Shown here piece by piece: positions 23,301-35,453 of a DNA stretch of 64,000 nt. Where the stretch lies: positions 1 through 64,000 of the forward strand of contig FLMG01001221.1 in the NCBI GenBank assembly GCA_900088475.1. The letters are read 5' to 3'. The notes beneath the pieces are model-generated. The model saw only the letters and a list, made by a program, of their open reading frames with translations. It was not told the origin of the DNA and ran no database searches. How positions within the stretch are numbered: the stretch's first letter is position 1; each line of letters starts with the position of its first letter. Both the position numbers and the translations under genes were made by a program. The DNA is from Hyphochytrium catenoides (Eukaryota > Protista > Hyphochytriomycota).

Positions 23301-26300
23301 TTACAACGCCATAAGACCTGAAGAGCGCCTAGGTTCCATGTCTTCGGGAGTCATGCATGCTTCATAATCCGACAGGGTATACAGAGACTGGCGCTGGCAA
23401 CTACTCTTTCTCCCTGTGGCTGAGGCGATTAGAGGAGCAGCAACGTATAGAGCGATCTCCCGTAAGGAACGAGAAGAAGCGGAGCCAGCAGAAGAGTCAT
23501 CTTCCCGTTCTCCACTCTCTCTTGGCCCTGGCGCTTCTTCAGTACCAGCGTACAGAACGTAATGCTGAGGTACAGGTTCCAGCGCTGGTTTATACAGCTC
23601 GAGGCCCTGCTGCGATTGTTGATCATCTTCTCCTTCTCGTTCCAACCGCTTGTGCTCCTTTCTTGCTCCTGTTGCTCCTCCCCATTGTACGTTGCTTTCT
23701 CGTCCTCCTCCTCCGCCCTGCGGGGTAGGATGGAAGCAATCCGAGAGAAAGGATCCGCCGGTACTGCCACTGAGAGAAATGTAGCTAAGTCCTCCTCCTG
23801 CTCCTCCTCCCGTAAGTGAAGGAAACTGTCCACTATGATCCTCATCTCCGCCGGTGTAACTTCTTCCCTCGAATCCTCCATGCCGTCCTCTTCTACTTCC
23901 TCTGTTCTTCGTGCTAAGCGCTATTCCCGCAGCGGAGAGACTGTCACCACCGCCTGTGACGAAGAGTTCTTTCTTTTCGTCTTCCGCTACTCTGGGACCG
24001 CCCCAGGTTTGCTGTCTGAAAGTGAAGAGCGTGTACATCTCAAAGAGAAAGGCCAAGAAAGGAAGAAAGAGTCGAAGAAGTGGGTAGAAGAAGATTATCC
24101 TCTTATGCTGAATCCTCAGCACATTGAAGATAAGGAAGAGATATGATGCGGCGTAGATCGAGAGAAAGGGCACAAACCATAGGAGAGAGGCATACTTTCC
24201 AAGGGCCAGCTCTAAGACAAGGATGTACACCGTGAGGATTGGAGGCCCAGTGAATTGTCTGGCTAGCGCGGCGAGGAGAGGAAGAGAATAGAGTCTCCAA
24301 AGAGAAGGATCGGTGTACATTTCCACGTCATTAGTCACTCCTCCTAGCCACCACCTTCTTCGCTGTTTTAACAGAGAGAAAAGCGTCTCTACGCCCTCTG
24401 TCTCGCACCTTGCCGCACTTTGATAGGCAGTCGCTCCTCTTGTCCGTGCTTTCTCCATGAAGAGATGGGTAAGGTAGCGGTCCTCGCCCAAGTGCGTGCG
24501 AGAGAAGTCAAAGGCGCTCTTTGTCCCTCTTCGTTTTACTTTCTCTGCAGGATGGAAATACTCATCCGCCACTTTTTCCAGTGCCTCTGCACTCATCATT
24601 GTGAGGGCGCCAGGAAGACATGTGACGAAGCCTAAGTAATGTTCGAGCTGGCGTATGAAGACCTGGCCTTCGATATACTCTGCGTCCTGCAGAGCAGCCA
24701 GAACAGAGGACCAGATATCTTTATGCAGAATCTTCTTTCCCTTACAGAGAATCAACCCTGTGATGCCCCACGGCCGGGACGCAGTCGGAGGAAGAGGCTT
24801 GATGAATTCCCATACAAACATATGGATGGCGAAGGGATCCAAGACAATGTCCGAGTCGATGAATAGAAGCAAGGGCTTTTCATTCGCGAGAGGCCCTGGA
24901 TGGAGAGAGAGGAGAGCCGCAGGTCCTTCTGGAGATAGGGAGAGAGTCGAAGGAGGAACCTGTTGGCGCTTCCACTTCTCCTGCAAGACTCTGAAGGCGC
25001 ATTCTTGAGCATGTCTCTTTCCTCCGTGCGGAAACCTGCATACTGTCACTTTTACTCCTCGGTAGAAAATGACAGAGATAGGAGGAAGCGTGACCTGGCC
25101 GCTGTACTCTCGCTTCTTAAGCTCTTCAATGTTGGCAGCAAGCTTCTCATAGTCTGCAGTGGTAACGGGAGGAAGAGAGAAGAGCAGGCTTTCCGGTGTT
25201 TCTCTCTCTCTCGTCTCTCCTTCTCTCTCTTTTGTAAGGCAATACATTGTAGAGAGATAGAGGTCTGACAGGCTCTCATCATCAAAAGCAAGGAGGAGCT
25301 CCAGCCTGTCGGAAGGATAAAGTGAGCCTACCGCACTATTGATGGCGGCCATGAGAGAAAGGAGCGGCTCATTGTAGATTGGCATCACGATGTGGACGAA
25401 AGGAGGCTTTTTCTCTTCCGTCTCCTCCCCTGCCTCTAATCTTGCTGCTCCTCTAGCTCCGTCTCTGTATATCCCTTGTCCTTGATTATTGGTGCTGGCT
25501 CCTCCTGGCCCGGTTGTCCTTCTCTCCCCTGCTCTTCGCGTACGTGCTCCAGAAGCTTGGCAGGAAGAGGGAAAGGCGGAAGCAAAAAGGTGCAGAATCT
25601 TTTTCCTGCTAGGAGAAGTGCACCAGGCGATCGTCGCAGAGACTACTTGGGCCAGGGAGATAAAAGAGACAATGACGATTTCTGGGATGAGGAAGATTCT
25701 CCAGGGATGAGCGAAGAGAGAAAGAGAGAAAGCCTGAGGAATGTTAAGAGAGAGAAGAGCCGTCCAATCTACGACATCCACCATAATGAAGTTGATAAAG
25801 AAAAAGTAAGGTAAGTATAGCACAAGGAACAGCAGCGCGATGCAGCGCTTTCCCCAGGCACAAGAAGAGAAAGAGGGAGAAAGGGAGGACGTAGGACGAA
25901 GGAGGACGTGGAGCATGCAATAGACAGTCACCAAAGCCTTAGAAAGACCGTGGATGAGAACGAGGAAGAGAAGCGAGGCGATAAAAGAGGAAAGAGTCCA
26001 GTCTGTTAGAGAATAGTGGTGGCCGCTGCTGGAACTCCCGCTCCCTGCAGAAGAGAAGAGACAGAACAACAGAAAGAGGAGATCGTAAGAGACTCATCTG
26101 TCTCTGTGCCCTCTCAGGCAAGGAGGTCGATGCTGAAGGAATAACAATGGAGAAAGTGCCACAATGGACGCGCTACGGTCTGCTGTCGTTCGAGAAGAGT
26201 GGCAACGCGGCGGAAGGCCAAAAAATGAGGAGTCGCTGCGATAGACGGAGCAGATAAAGAGGGAAAGAATGAAAGAAAAGAAAGAAGAAACCAAGAAAGG

Positions 26301-26472
26301 AATAACGAGAGGACTAGAAGAGCAACATAATGGGGGCCAGGGTGAGAGAAGAGCGATGATAAGAGCGTTGGAAATGCTTCTTACAATGTGGAGGAGGCAC
26401 AAAGGGTCCTTCCCCAGGTAGGGGCACAGGGACGTAGGTAAAGTTAGGAGGATTGGTGCCATAGACCACCAT
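23301..26472 (-). CDS. CHS: Chitin synthase (GT2) resembling fungal class VI/division 3, about 943 aa, probably 2 exons
   Basis: Motifs VMPIYNE, HGGKRHAQ, LLFIDSD, VTCLPGALT, HLGEDRYLT, LLKQRRRW and TWGGPR. Proposed exon 1 at 26472-26385 (MVVYGTN..., donor T|gtaag) joins the acceptor ctgcag| at 26044 in frame. The 5' end is less certain than the core. Confidence 0.9.
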
Positions 26473-27000
26473 CCTTTCTCTGGACCTCTCTCCTTTCCTC
26501 TCTCTAGTCTCTCTCTCCTCTTATTTCCTCTTACTGGGGACGAGGTAAGGGATCTTCCTCCTACCGCCCTCCGACGGTCTTTCCTGTCGAATTCTCTTCC
26601 GCTGAAGCGAGGCAATAGAATGGCGGGAAGGGGAGAAGGAACAGGAGGAGACGCTCACTACTGATATCTTTATTGCAAGAAGTTGAAGGAGCGAGCGCCG
26701 GTGCCGCGCCGCCGATCTCTGCTGCTGCTCCAGGGAAGATATTGAGAAGTGAGGCAAGGAAGACCAATATAGATGAAAAGAAGAAAGGACTAGAAAAGAA
26801 GAGAACCAGAAAGAAGCGCAAGAGCGTCAGAAGAGACTGATGAGGTCGTAAGAGGCAAACAGAAGGAAAGGGAAGGATACAATCGTATATCTCTGCTATC
26901 CTTTGAAGAACAGGAGATGCATCATGGAGAATGATAACAAGACAGTTAGCGTTCGTTCCCTGCAAGAAGGGAGCCATTTGCAAAAAGGACAAACAGAAGC

Positions 27001-27170
27001 AGAGAGAGAGAGAGAGAGAGAGACTCAGAGAGACTAAGAGAGACGGAGAGAGGGAGAGCAGAGAAAAAAAGAGAGAGAGAGAGTGAGAGAGAGAAAGAAA
27101 GAGAGAGAGATTGAAACAGAGAGAGACAGAGAGAGAGAGAGAGAGAGGGAGGGAGGGAGGGAGGAGAGAA
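27001..27170 (+). repeat. (GA)n microsatellite
   Basis: Direct reading of the sequence. Confidence 0.9.
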
Positions 27171-27984
27171 ATGAGGCAAATATGGGGCCTAGTCAAGAGC
27201 TGCTTTCTGCTGGTTTGGACCACCAATTTCTAAGCAGAACCCGCTGGTGCACAGAGCATCATGAGTGAACAGAGCCTCACTCTTTCTTCTCTGTACATAG
27301 GAACATAAAGGACGACGGAGAGGGAGACAATCGGACGAGAGAGTAGGAGGATAGAGAGAAAAGGAGAAGAGAAAGAAGCGCAAGGTAACAATATCGAACG
27401 TTCTGAGGAAGGGAAGATCGCCATGGTGTGCCCGAAAGGAATGAGAAGGGGAGGGAGAGGAGGGACTGAGCCTCAGATGCTGAAGAATAGCAAGCAGCAA
27501 CCCATGAGCTGGGCAGCAGCAAACAGAAGAGAGGATGCCCCACACAGGTCAAGCAGGACTGATAGAAGAGAGGATCGAGCAATGGCTTGGAGTGAGCGGA
27601 AGAGGAGAAGAATGGAAAGGGAAGGATGTGAGTCCTATGTTCCGAGAGCGGGCCATGGGGGAAAGAGATGGAAGAGAAGAAGAGCAGCACTTCCTTCTTG
27701 TCGCACGCAGCCGTGATGCGGGCAGGGCGGGACGGGACTCTCTTCTTCCTTGGTGGTGGCGCTTGTTGCGCTGTACAAGGGATGGTGGCGTCCGTCCAAG
27801 GCTGAGGAGAGAGGAGAAGAAGAGGAGAAGCCATGCCAAGTCTGGGGCTCGGGATGAGCATCATGACCCTTCGTTTGTCTCTGCCTCTCTCTCTCTCTCT
27901 CTAACGTTGATGGCTGGGAGGTAAGCCATCTCTTCCCCCTTTTCTCTTTCTGTACCAATAATGCTATGAGTACACAAATGAGAT

Positions 27985-28024
27985 CCATCTCTCCCTCTCT
28001 CTTTCTCTCTCTCTCTTTTTCTCA

Positions 28025-28068
<44 letters not shown>

Positions 28069-28112
28069 TTCTTTCTCTCTTTCTCTCTTTCTCTCTTTCT
28101 CTCTCTCTCTCT
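27985..28112 (+). repeat. (CT)n microsatellite
   Basis: Direct reading of the sequence. Confidence 0.9.
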
Positions 28113-29357
28113 CCCACTTAGCCCCCCACCCGCGCCTTAAGGGGTGGGTGGGTGTCCTCTCTGCAAGAGCCGTTTCAAGTTCCTGTCTCTTCATCTGTTC
28201 CCCAGTCGTCCCCCCGTAGCCATATCATCACTGGCGGCTCAGACACGTCAGCGCCCTTTCTGCTCATCTGATCCCTCACCAGGGCTGCTGAAGGAGATGG
28301 CTCTCTCTCCTCCTTCAGAGTGAAAGGTTCACGTCAGTTCAGAGGATCGGCAGCCCTGAAGCTGGAGGTGGAGCTAGTGACATGAGAAAGAGGAGGATGA
28401 AGGCAGAGATGAAGAGAAGAAGAGCACAAAGAGACAGCAGGGTGAGGGAGATCGCCATGCCGTCCCTATGTACCGGCCAAGGCTCCGACTCCTTCCTCTC
28501 TTCTACTCCTCCTCCTTTCTCTCTTCCTTTCCATTCTACTACGTTTGATAATATGAAGAGACTAAATGGCGCTTGTGCCTGCTTTGCACCTTGCTCGTAG
28601 CAGGTCCTCTCCTCTCTTCTTATCCAGTCCAGGCAGGCAGGCATTGAGCGGTGGGGTCGGGGGATGAGGAGTGTCCACCATTGAGATGCCAAAAAGTAAG
28701 GCCGCCTGCTGGGAGTTTACCAAACATCCTCGTCGCCTTCTTGTCGTCTACGGCTCTGAGCTTGTTTTATAAACAGAGAGGACGACCGCGTTCGGATGGG
28801 GAAATTAATAGGAAAGGGCAGAAGCTGAGGGCAGGATGGGGATTGGGATTGGTTAATCGTGCGGCACATGTTGTGGTGAGATGCTGCCCGGATCGGCCAG
28901 CTTTGTCGAGCAATCTCGCCATAAGACTATTCTATAATCAGGCAAACAGTCCACTTGCCTTCAATTGCTCCGTCCATTCCTGATGGTTTGATGCCTAGTC
29001 TCATGCCTCTTCCCCCGCTTGATTGCGGACCCGTCACAAGAACCTTTAGAGCAACAACGCGACAGATCGGCTGTATAATGAGTGAGAGCGTAGGTTATGC
29101 TCTTTATCGAGTCAATGGCGTCGATTGAGAGGGAGAGAGACAGCAACTAAATGTAGCAGTCAGACCCTTGAGAGCGTTTCTTTCTACTTATTAGGCGGCA
29201 CGTCGCTGGCTATGAACGTCCCTATCTACCCGTCTGCATCGAAGACTGTTCCTGACTAGACGGGACCATGATAGCGTCCTCTCGCTAGACGCTGCCAGAG
29301 CTTTATATGTTGATCATAGGAGACTTATCGATCCCAACAGTAGAGTGAATATCGTCT

Positions 29358-32300
29358 TTAAAGCAGATCACAAGGCGGATCTCCTTGCCGTTTGGAGCAT
29401 CCAGGGTGATGATTGTCATTGAACAGACAGCATGGCCACTGCGGAAAGGCGTTAGACGCATTCTCAAAGACGATATCGTGATGAAGGAAGGAGAGCAATT
29501 ACTGCCCCGAAAGAGAAAGGCAAGTGATAGGTGGATCACCGAAGAACATTTGGACTGTGTATTGAGCATCATAAAGGCACCACGAGACGGGTCAAGAAGG
29601 AAAGAGGGCGCAACTTACATGTGACAAGGCAGTGAGGCCTCCCCCGATGTATCCCTTAGGGTGATAGAGCTCCTGCCATCCCTCTCCCTCGCCTAAGAAT
29701 TCATACTTGAAGGCTTGAGTGCAGCCCTCACTCTTGTTACCTCTAGCATTGCAGCAAGACCATCTGCCGCGAAGGACCCACCACCTGCCACTGTGAAACC
29801 GCACCTCCATTAGCCTGGATCCGATCGCTGGTGGTGGGTTGGCAGGTGGTGACCGTGGCAACGGCTGGCAGAGATTGACTACTGATGGGGACTGGTAGCT
29901 CTCCGCGACACTGCTTGCATCCTGCATAGCTGCGCTCAGGTCGGTCACTGCGTCTATCACGGTACTGGCGGTGGCGGCCAATCTGTCCAGGGAGGCTATG
30001 CCTATCATTGATGCGAGCGATAGGAGGTGGCGGATGATGGATGGTGGTGGCACTACTAAGTCATACAAGCCTGTTTCCCTTACCATGACCAATAGCTCCG
30101 TTAGACAGAATCGCCTTGACTCCTTCCTCTGCCCCCTCCTGAAGGAAGTTACTTAGACTCTTCTTATGTGAGATACGGGAGTCCAAATCCTCCTCTCTGT
30201 AGACCTCTATGCAGTCCCCAGTGGTGGGCAGTGTGGGATCGAAGGTGTCAACGCGAGGAGGAGGAGAAGCTTGACCTGTATTAGAGGATGAAGGACTCTG
30301 AAGCTCACAACCGTCATCAAGAAGGGACGAGGTCTGGGGTGGTGTCGGTGCCTCGAGTTCCTGCTGAACAATATCCTGTGGGGGCGGGGCGGTCGTCAGG
30401 GCAGTGTTTTCAACGGGACGGCTTAAGGGAATGGACTGCACGCCAGGTGCACTCCATGGAAAGGTCTCAGCCGCGGATGATTGTTGGAAGGGAAGACCAG
30501 CAAATTGCGGGGGTGGAGCAGGGAGACTAGTGGAAGTCTGAGCAGGCATCATGTTAGGCAGCGGGCCCGCATACTGCCAACCACCGCTAAGCTTCCCGCT
30601 GGTGAAGAGCGGGAGAGTGGGAGAGCCATTCATCCCTCCTACGGCTCCCTGATAGCCTCTACTAGGCGGCGGCGCAGGAGGTGGAGACCGAGCTCCCATA
30701 TTGAACCGCATGGACCCGGATGGAGAAGGCAAGAAAGAAAGCTGAGAGTTGTTAGTCCCTTCCAATCCAAAGAAGGGGTCCTCTCGTCCGAAGGCGCCGC
30801 TGCGCGGAGAGAGAAAAGGCCTGGACTGCGTCCCACTCCGAGCTTCAGGTGACGAGGGGTTTGGCGCTAGCACTGTCGCCCCGCTAGAGCTGCTGTGGTG
30901 GCCTTCTGAAGGCTGACTTTGCGTCACTACACTTGGAGGCTTTGCGCTAATCTGTGGCTGGCGAGCTTCACTTGACTTGAAAGGAACTCGAAAGGAGTCT
31001 TTCACTTCATCCTTTTTCTTTTTTATGCTAGACATCAGGGTTTCTGCGAGTGAAGGCGATGACGGCTCCTTAGGAAGCGGGCCGCTTGGAAGTTCTTTCT
31101 CCTCCGATTCTCCCTTCTGGCTCTCAGTCCCGGCGCAATGATCCGACAACGGATCACTATCTGAAAGCGTCATTCTCCAACCCTGCATGCTCCCATTGCC
31201 TAGGCCTGCTAATACGTTGATAATAATCCCGGAGGAGCTTGGCACTGGCTGCTTTGTACTGTTGCCTGAACTGTCGAAAGAGAAGAGAGAGACTGTGAAG
31301 CAGTTGACGGACTCCTTAGCCTCTAGCACCCCTTCCAATTGCCCTCCTGTCCACAGGCTCCATACTCGTACTTCCTTATCTTCGTCAGAGACGCTGACAA
31401 GCAAGTGCTTCTGCCTTGTTGACGGAGACGAAGAAAACGAGGAAGAACCACCAGGAGGACGCAGGCTCACGACCTTCATCCCAGTAACGGGGCCTCGGTG
31501 CCCGCTGAGAATGGCTGCAGAGCTTCCGTCCTTCACTTTGTACACACGAATAGCTCCATCTCCTCCAGCAGACAGCGCCACATCTTCCTCCTCCACACCC
31601 CATGAAGCGAAAGTCACGGCTTGCACCATGGAGTCCTGTGCCTTCAGGACATGTATACACTCTCCGGAAGCCACGCTCCAGACCCTAACGGTCTCGTCAT
31701 AGGAGCCCGAGACGACTGTGCTGCAGTCCTGATTGATGGAGACACTGGGAATCGTGAATTGATGGCCCAGCAAAGAGCCAAGGTCCTTCACGTGGAGCAC
31801 CGTCTTATCCTCAGGCCGGAGGGATAGCTTCCAGGTTCCGATGGTTTCATCCGCAGAGCTTGAGACTAATATTTGCTCCTTTGCGCCGTACGAGAGGCAG
31901 GTAACGGGCCCTGAATGAGCCTGAAGCTCGGCGCACCGCTCTCCAGTGCTGAGGGTCCAGAACATGATGGCGCCATCTCGCGATCCAGAGACTACTAAGA
32001 AGTCACGTCCCTCCTTCATTTGGACGTCTCCTTCATCGCCAGGAGAACGAGATGGATCTACACCAATCACCAGCAGGCTCAGAACAGCCTCCCTATGACC
32101 TCGCAGTGTATGTAAGCAGGCACCACTTGTACTGTCCCAAACTCGCAACGTCCCGTCTCCCGCTGCAGAGACTACCCGAGTTCCTTGTGGACAGAAAGCA
32201 ACGCAATGCACGGGAGCCTCGTGCCCGAGGAGCTCGGCGATTAAAGAAGGTTCAGAGTCTGGTTGCACCTTCCATAGCTTTATTATGGAGGAAGCAGTAG

Positions 32301-32451
32301 AACTACCAGTTGCTGATATGAGCTTGGACCCATCAGGACTGGCTTGCAGGCACTGCACAGGGCAGCTCTGGCTTAATGAACCTGGATCAGTGGCGTTGAG
32401 AGTTGAGGTGAGACAAGACTCTATAGGAATACTAATCAGGGAAGAAACCAT
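29358..32451 (-). CDS. WD40 beta-propeller + Pro/Ser-rich linker + two Btk-type zinc-binding motifs, about 943 aa, at least 3 exons
   Basis: Multiple GH...S...D..(I/L/V)..W repeats. Exons 32451-30084, 30001-29619 and 29438-29358 join in frame, giving FHSGRWWVLRGRWSCCNARGNKSEGC and YHPKGYIGGGLTALSH|WPCCLFNDNHHPGC. A short extra 5' exon near 32510 is possible. Confidence 0.85.
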
Positions 32452-35400
32452 CTTCTCAAGCCGCTAAAGAACGAACTTTACTTAGAGCAGCAGGTAAATG
32501 GCTTCGACATTGCGGGGGTGCTGGGAGCTGTGAGGTTGTCAAGGTATAAGTGCGGACAGAGGCCAGCTCGCGGAAAGAGCGGCACGGCGAAGTCGATGAA
32601 GTGAGAAAGTTGATAAACGCATCAAGAGATTCCTTGCCTCCTTAGCGATCCACCTCGTTCCCAGCTACCGCCCTTCTTACCCAGGCATCAGCATCAAGCT
32701 GGCCCTCTCTCTTCATATGACTGGCGGACTAGTGCTAAGAAGGTAAATGGAGAGTTGCATGCAAGAATCTTACTACTGCGCTTAAAGTTATCAGCTACGG
32801 AGTCTACATAACTGAAGCTGTAGAAAGCATCAGCGATGGAGTAGGGAAGATAGGCAAGGAGATGATGGCGAGATGAGAGACAGGAGAGCAAAATCATTTG
32901 CTCCACTGATAGAGAGATAGAGGCGGCCGTCAGCCCAACAACCTGCAGATCTTTGTAGGTTCAGCAGTGAGTCGAACACGATGTGCCACGAAACGAATCC
33001 TATTATCATCCTTCCTTTTTCTCCATCATGTGGGCTATTGATAGACGAGGGAAAGCAAAAGATGATGGGAAGATAACTGGAAGGAGCAGCTTGCTCTGTA
33101 TACTTCCTTGAGGACGACCGGTTAGTAACAGATTTAGATCTTATTATCCTTTCTATGATCCTCACCATCGTCGAGAGAAAGAGAGACATTCTTATGAGGA
33201 TAACGACATTGCGCTAGGAACGAGGCTGGCTGAGAAAAGAGAAAGAATTGCCTGTGCTAAGAGTATACCCTCTTGTGCCCAAAGAAGCAAGGAAGAAGCA
33301 CTGAAGATTGCTACTAGATTGTCGACGGACCAAGCGACACTGCATTTGTAGGAGGAAGAGGAAAGCTCTCAACATTTGTTGGAAGAGGAAAGCTCTCCTT
33401 AACTCGACCAGGGTGAAGTAGCATGTGCATGGGCTCTCCTGCTGTCTCCCTCCATCGAACTCTCCAATAGCAAGAAGAAGGTCTACGGAACCGTCGTGGG
33501 AGAGAAAAGGACAATCAGACAAAGTGAATCCAGGGGAGAAAGGTAACGGACCACAATCTCCTGTCATCCAGGGCCTGTCCTTTCTCTTCTCTGCTCCTCC
33601 CTTTCTTTGACTGCCGCAGGGTATCCCGCTGATGGTGAATAGGGTTGCAGTAGAGTGGTAGCCCTTTCTATGGGTGCTGGCATGGCATGACAGAGGGAGG
33701 AGACAGGGGAGTGCGATAGGACCACCACCAGTGATGAGGTCTGCCCCGATCATTACACATGCGAGAAAGGAGAGGCAACACGCGGAAAAGAAGGGCGATT
33801 GAGGTTGATGAGGGTTGAGAGACAGACGACCGTTATGCGGGAAGTGAAGGACGAGGAGGAAGGGAGACAAGGAGAACGGGTATCTGGATGATGGTCTCCT
33901 CATTGTGGACAGATTGTCGTCATTCCTCTGTCTCTTCGTTTTATCCTTCTTACCTCCCCAGCCGAGGAGTGCTCGTACCCGCTAGTAGGAAAAAAGAAAG
34001 GAGTCGGACGTGGAGATGTTATACTGCTGACAGAGGTGGGGCAACTTGTCCTCCGTTACGAACGGGCAGCAGCACCTGAATGAGAGAGGAGTCAAAAAGA
34101 GGTAACGAGGCCAAAGATAGAGAGGAGCGAGGAGCAAGAGACAGGGAGAAGGAGGGCAAGAGGGGGAAGCGAAAGGCGTTTCGTCTGTCTCTTCTCTCTC
34201 TTTTCTGCTCTCTCTCTCTCCTCGTCGGACTCCTTCATTACTGAGGGGACAACAGCATCCACTCTTTCCTTGCCTCCACGCACTTCCAAGCTGCCAAGCG
34301 CCTGTCGCTCGTGATGATGAGTGCACTGCCCTACCTGATGGTAACGCCTTCTTGAGATCCGGTCGTTACATCGCCAGATTACACCCCACCTCCATAATAG
34401 GACCGATGTTATAGGTACTACCTTATACGGTCTGGTCATGGAGCGGTGGTCCTTCTAGAGGGCCCAGTGCTGGAAAGTGAAGTTTGCCCTGTCACTCGAA
34501 CTCTCAAGCGTCGGAGGCCATGGATGCCCAGCCAGTCCAAGCAGTCCAACGATGAGCCCTGTCCTCCTCTTCTTGTGCCTCCCCATCGTCATCACTAGGT
34601 CCTAGTACGACTCTAGGGTTATGGGCTGCGTCTCGTCATTCTGCCCCTCCACCAGCTACCTCCGATTGCTGCCACTGTTTATTAACCTCATCACGGAGGC
34701 TGCTAGGTAGTACAGGGGCGATGATGCCCAGGTGATCCGAGCTAATAGCTGGCTGCTCATGATGATGATGGCGTTTGTTGGCTTCACAGCTTACTAGATA
34801 CCTTGGCCGTGCCCTTTCGTTCGTTTCTAGGATACGCCCGATGATGAAGAGAAGACAGCAGAGAGAGAAGAACAAATTGAGACGACAGGAGGAAACCTAA
34901 CAAACGCACGTACCAGGAACTTCGCCTCTCCTAGCCAATTGGCTATGAACAGTCGATCTTGATAACTGGTGCTCCCCGTTCCCCCTTCAACTATAAATAG
35001 TACGCCCTTCCCTATGTGCTGCCTCCTTGTATAGACTCCTCCTTACCTCTGACCGATCCTTCTCCCTCTCCTGGCGGTTCCACAAGTGAGTGACCAAGAT
35101 AGGCAACTAGGGCTCAGGGAGAATCGATAAGCAGCTATAAAGAGATAGAACAAGAAGCTGCGTGACGCAAGCCGCAGCCGTGCAGAGGCTATCGTCGATA
35201 GGCTCTACGTGCCGCTGTGGCTTTAGCAGAGTATCCTTCTGCCGGAACTCTTCACCTGTAGCTTCACGCAGCAGAAGTCATTCCAAAATCTCTGCAGAGT
35301 TGCAGCCGGAGAAACTGATTTACCTAGAAAGGGAGAGAAGAAAGGGCGTACCATCTTCTCGCCTTCTTCTAGTCCGCGGGAGCAATCCCCTATCCCTCTT

Positions 35401-35453
35401 ACAGCCACAAGAAGCCAGCTTAGCCTTGAAGCTCTTGTCTCCTCGTCGAAATC

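Noticed and set aside
26521-28000. Many overlapping Leu/Ser- or Arg/Glu-rich ORFs
   Set aside because: They are translations of GA/CT microsatellites, which lack stop codons.
32694-34875. Several 60-229 aa ORFs between the WD40 and dynamin genes
   Set aside because: No domain motifs or coherent exon chain; low-complexity composition.
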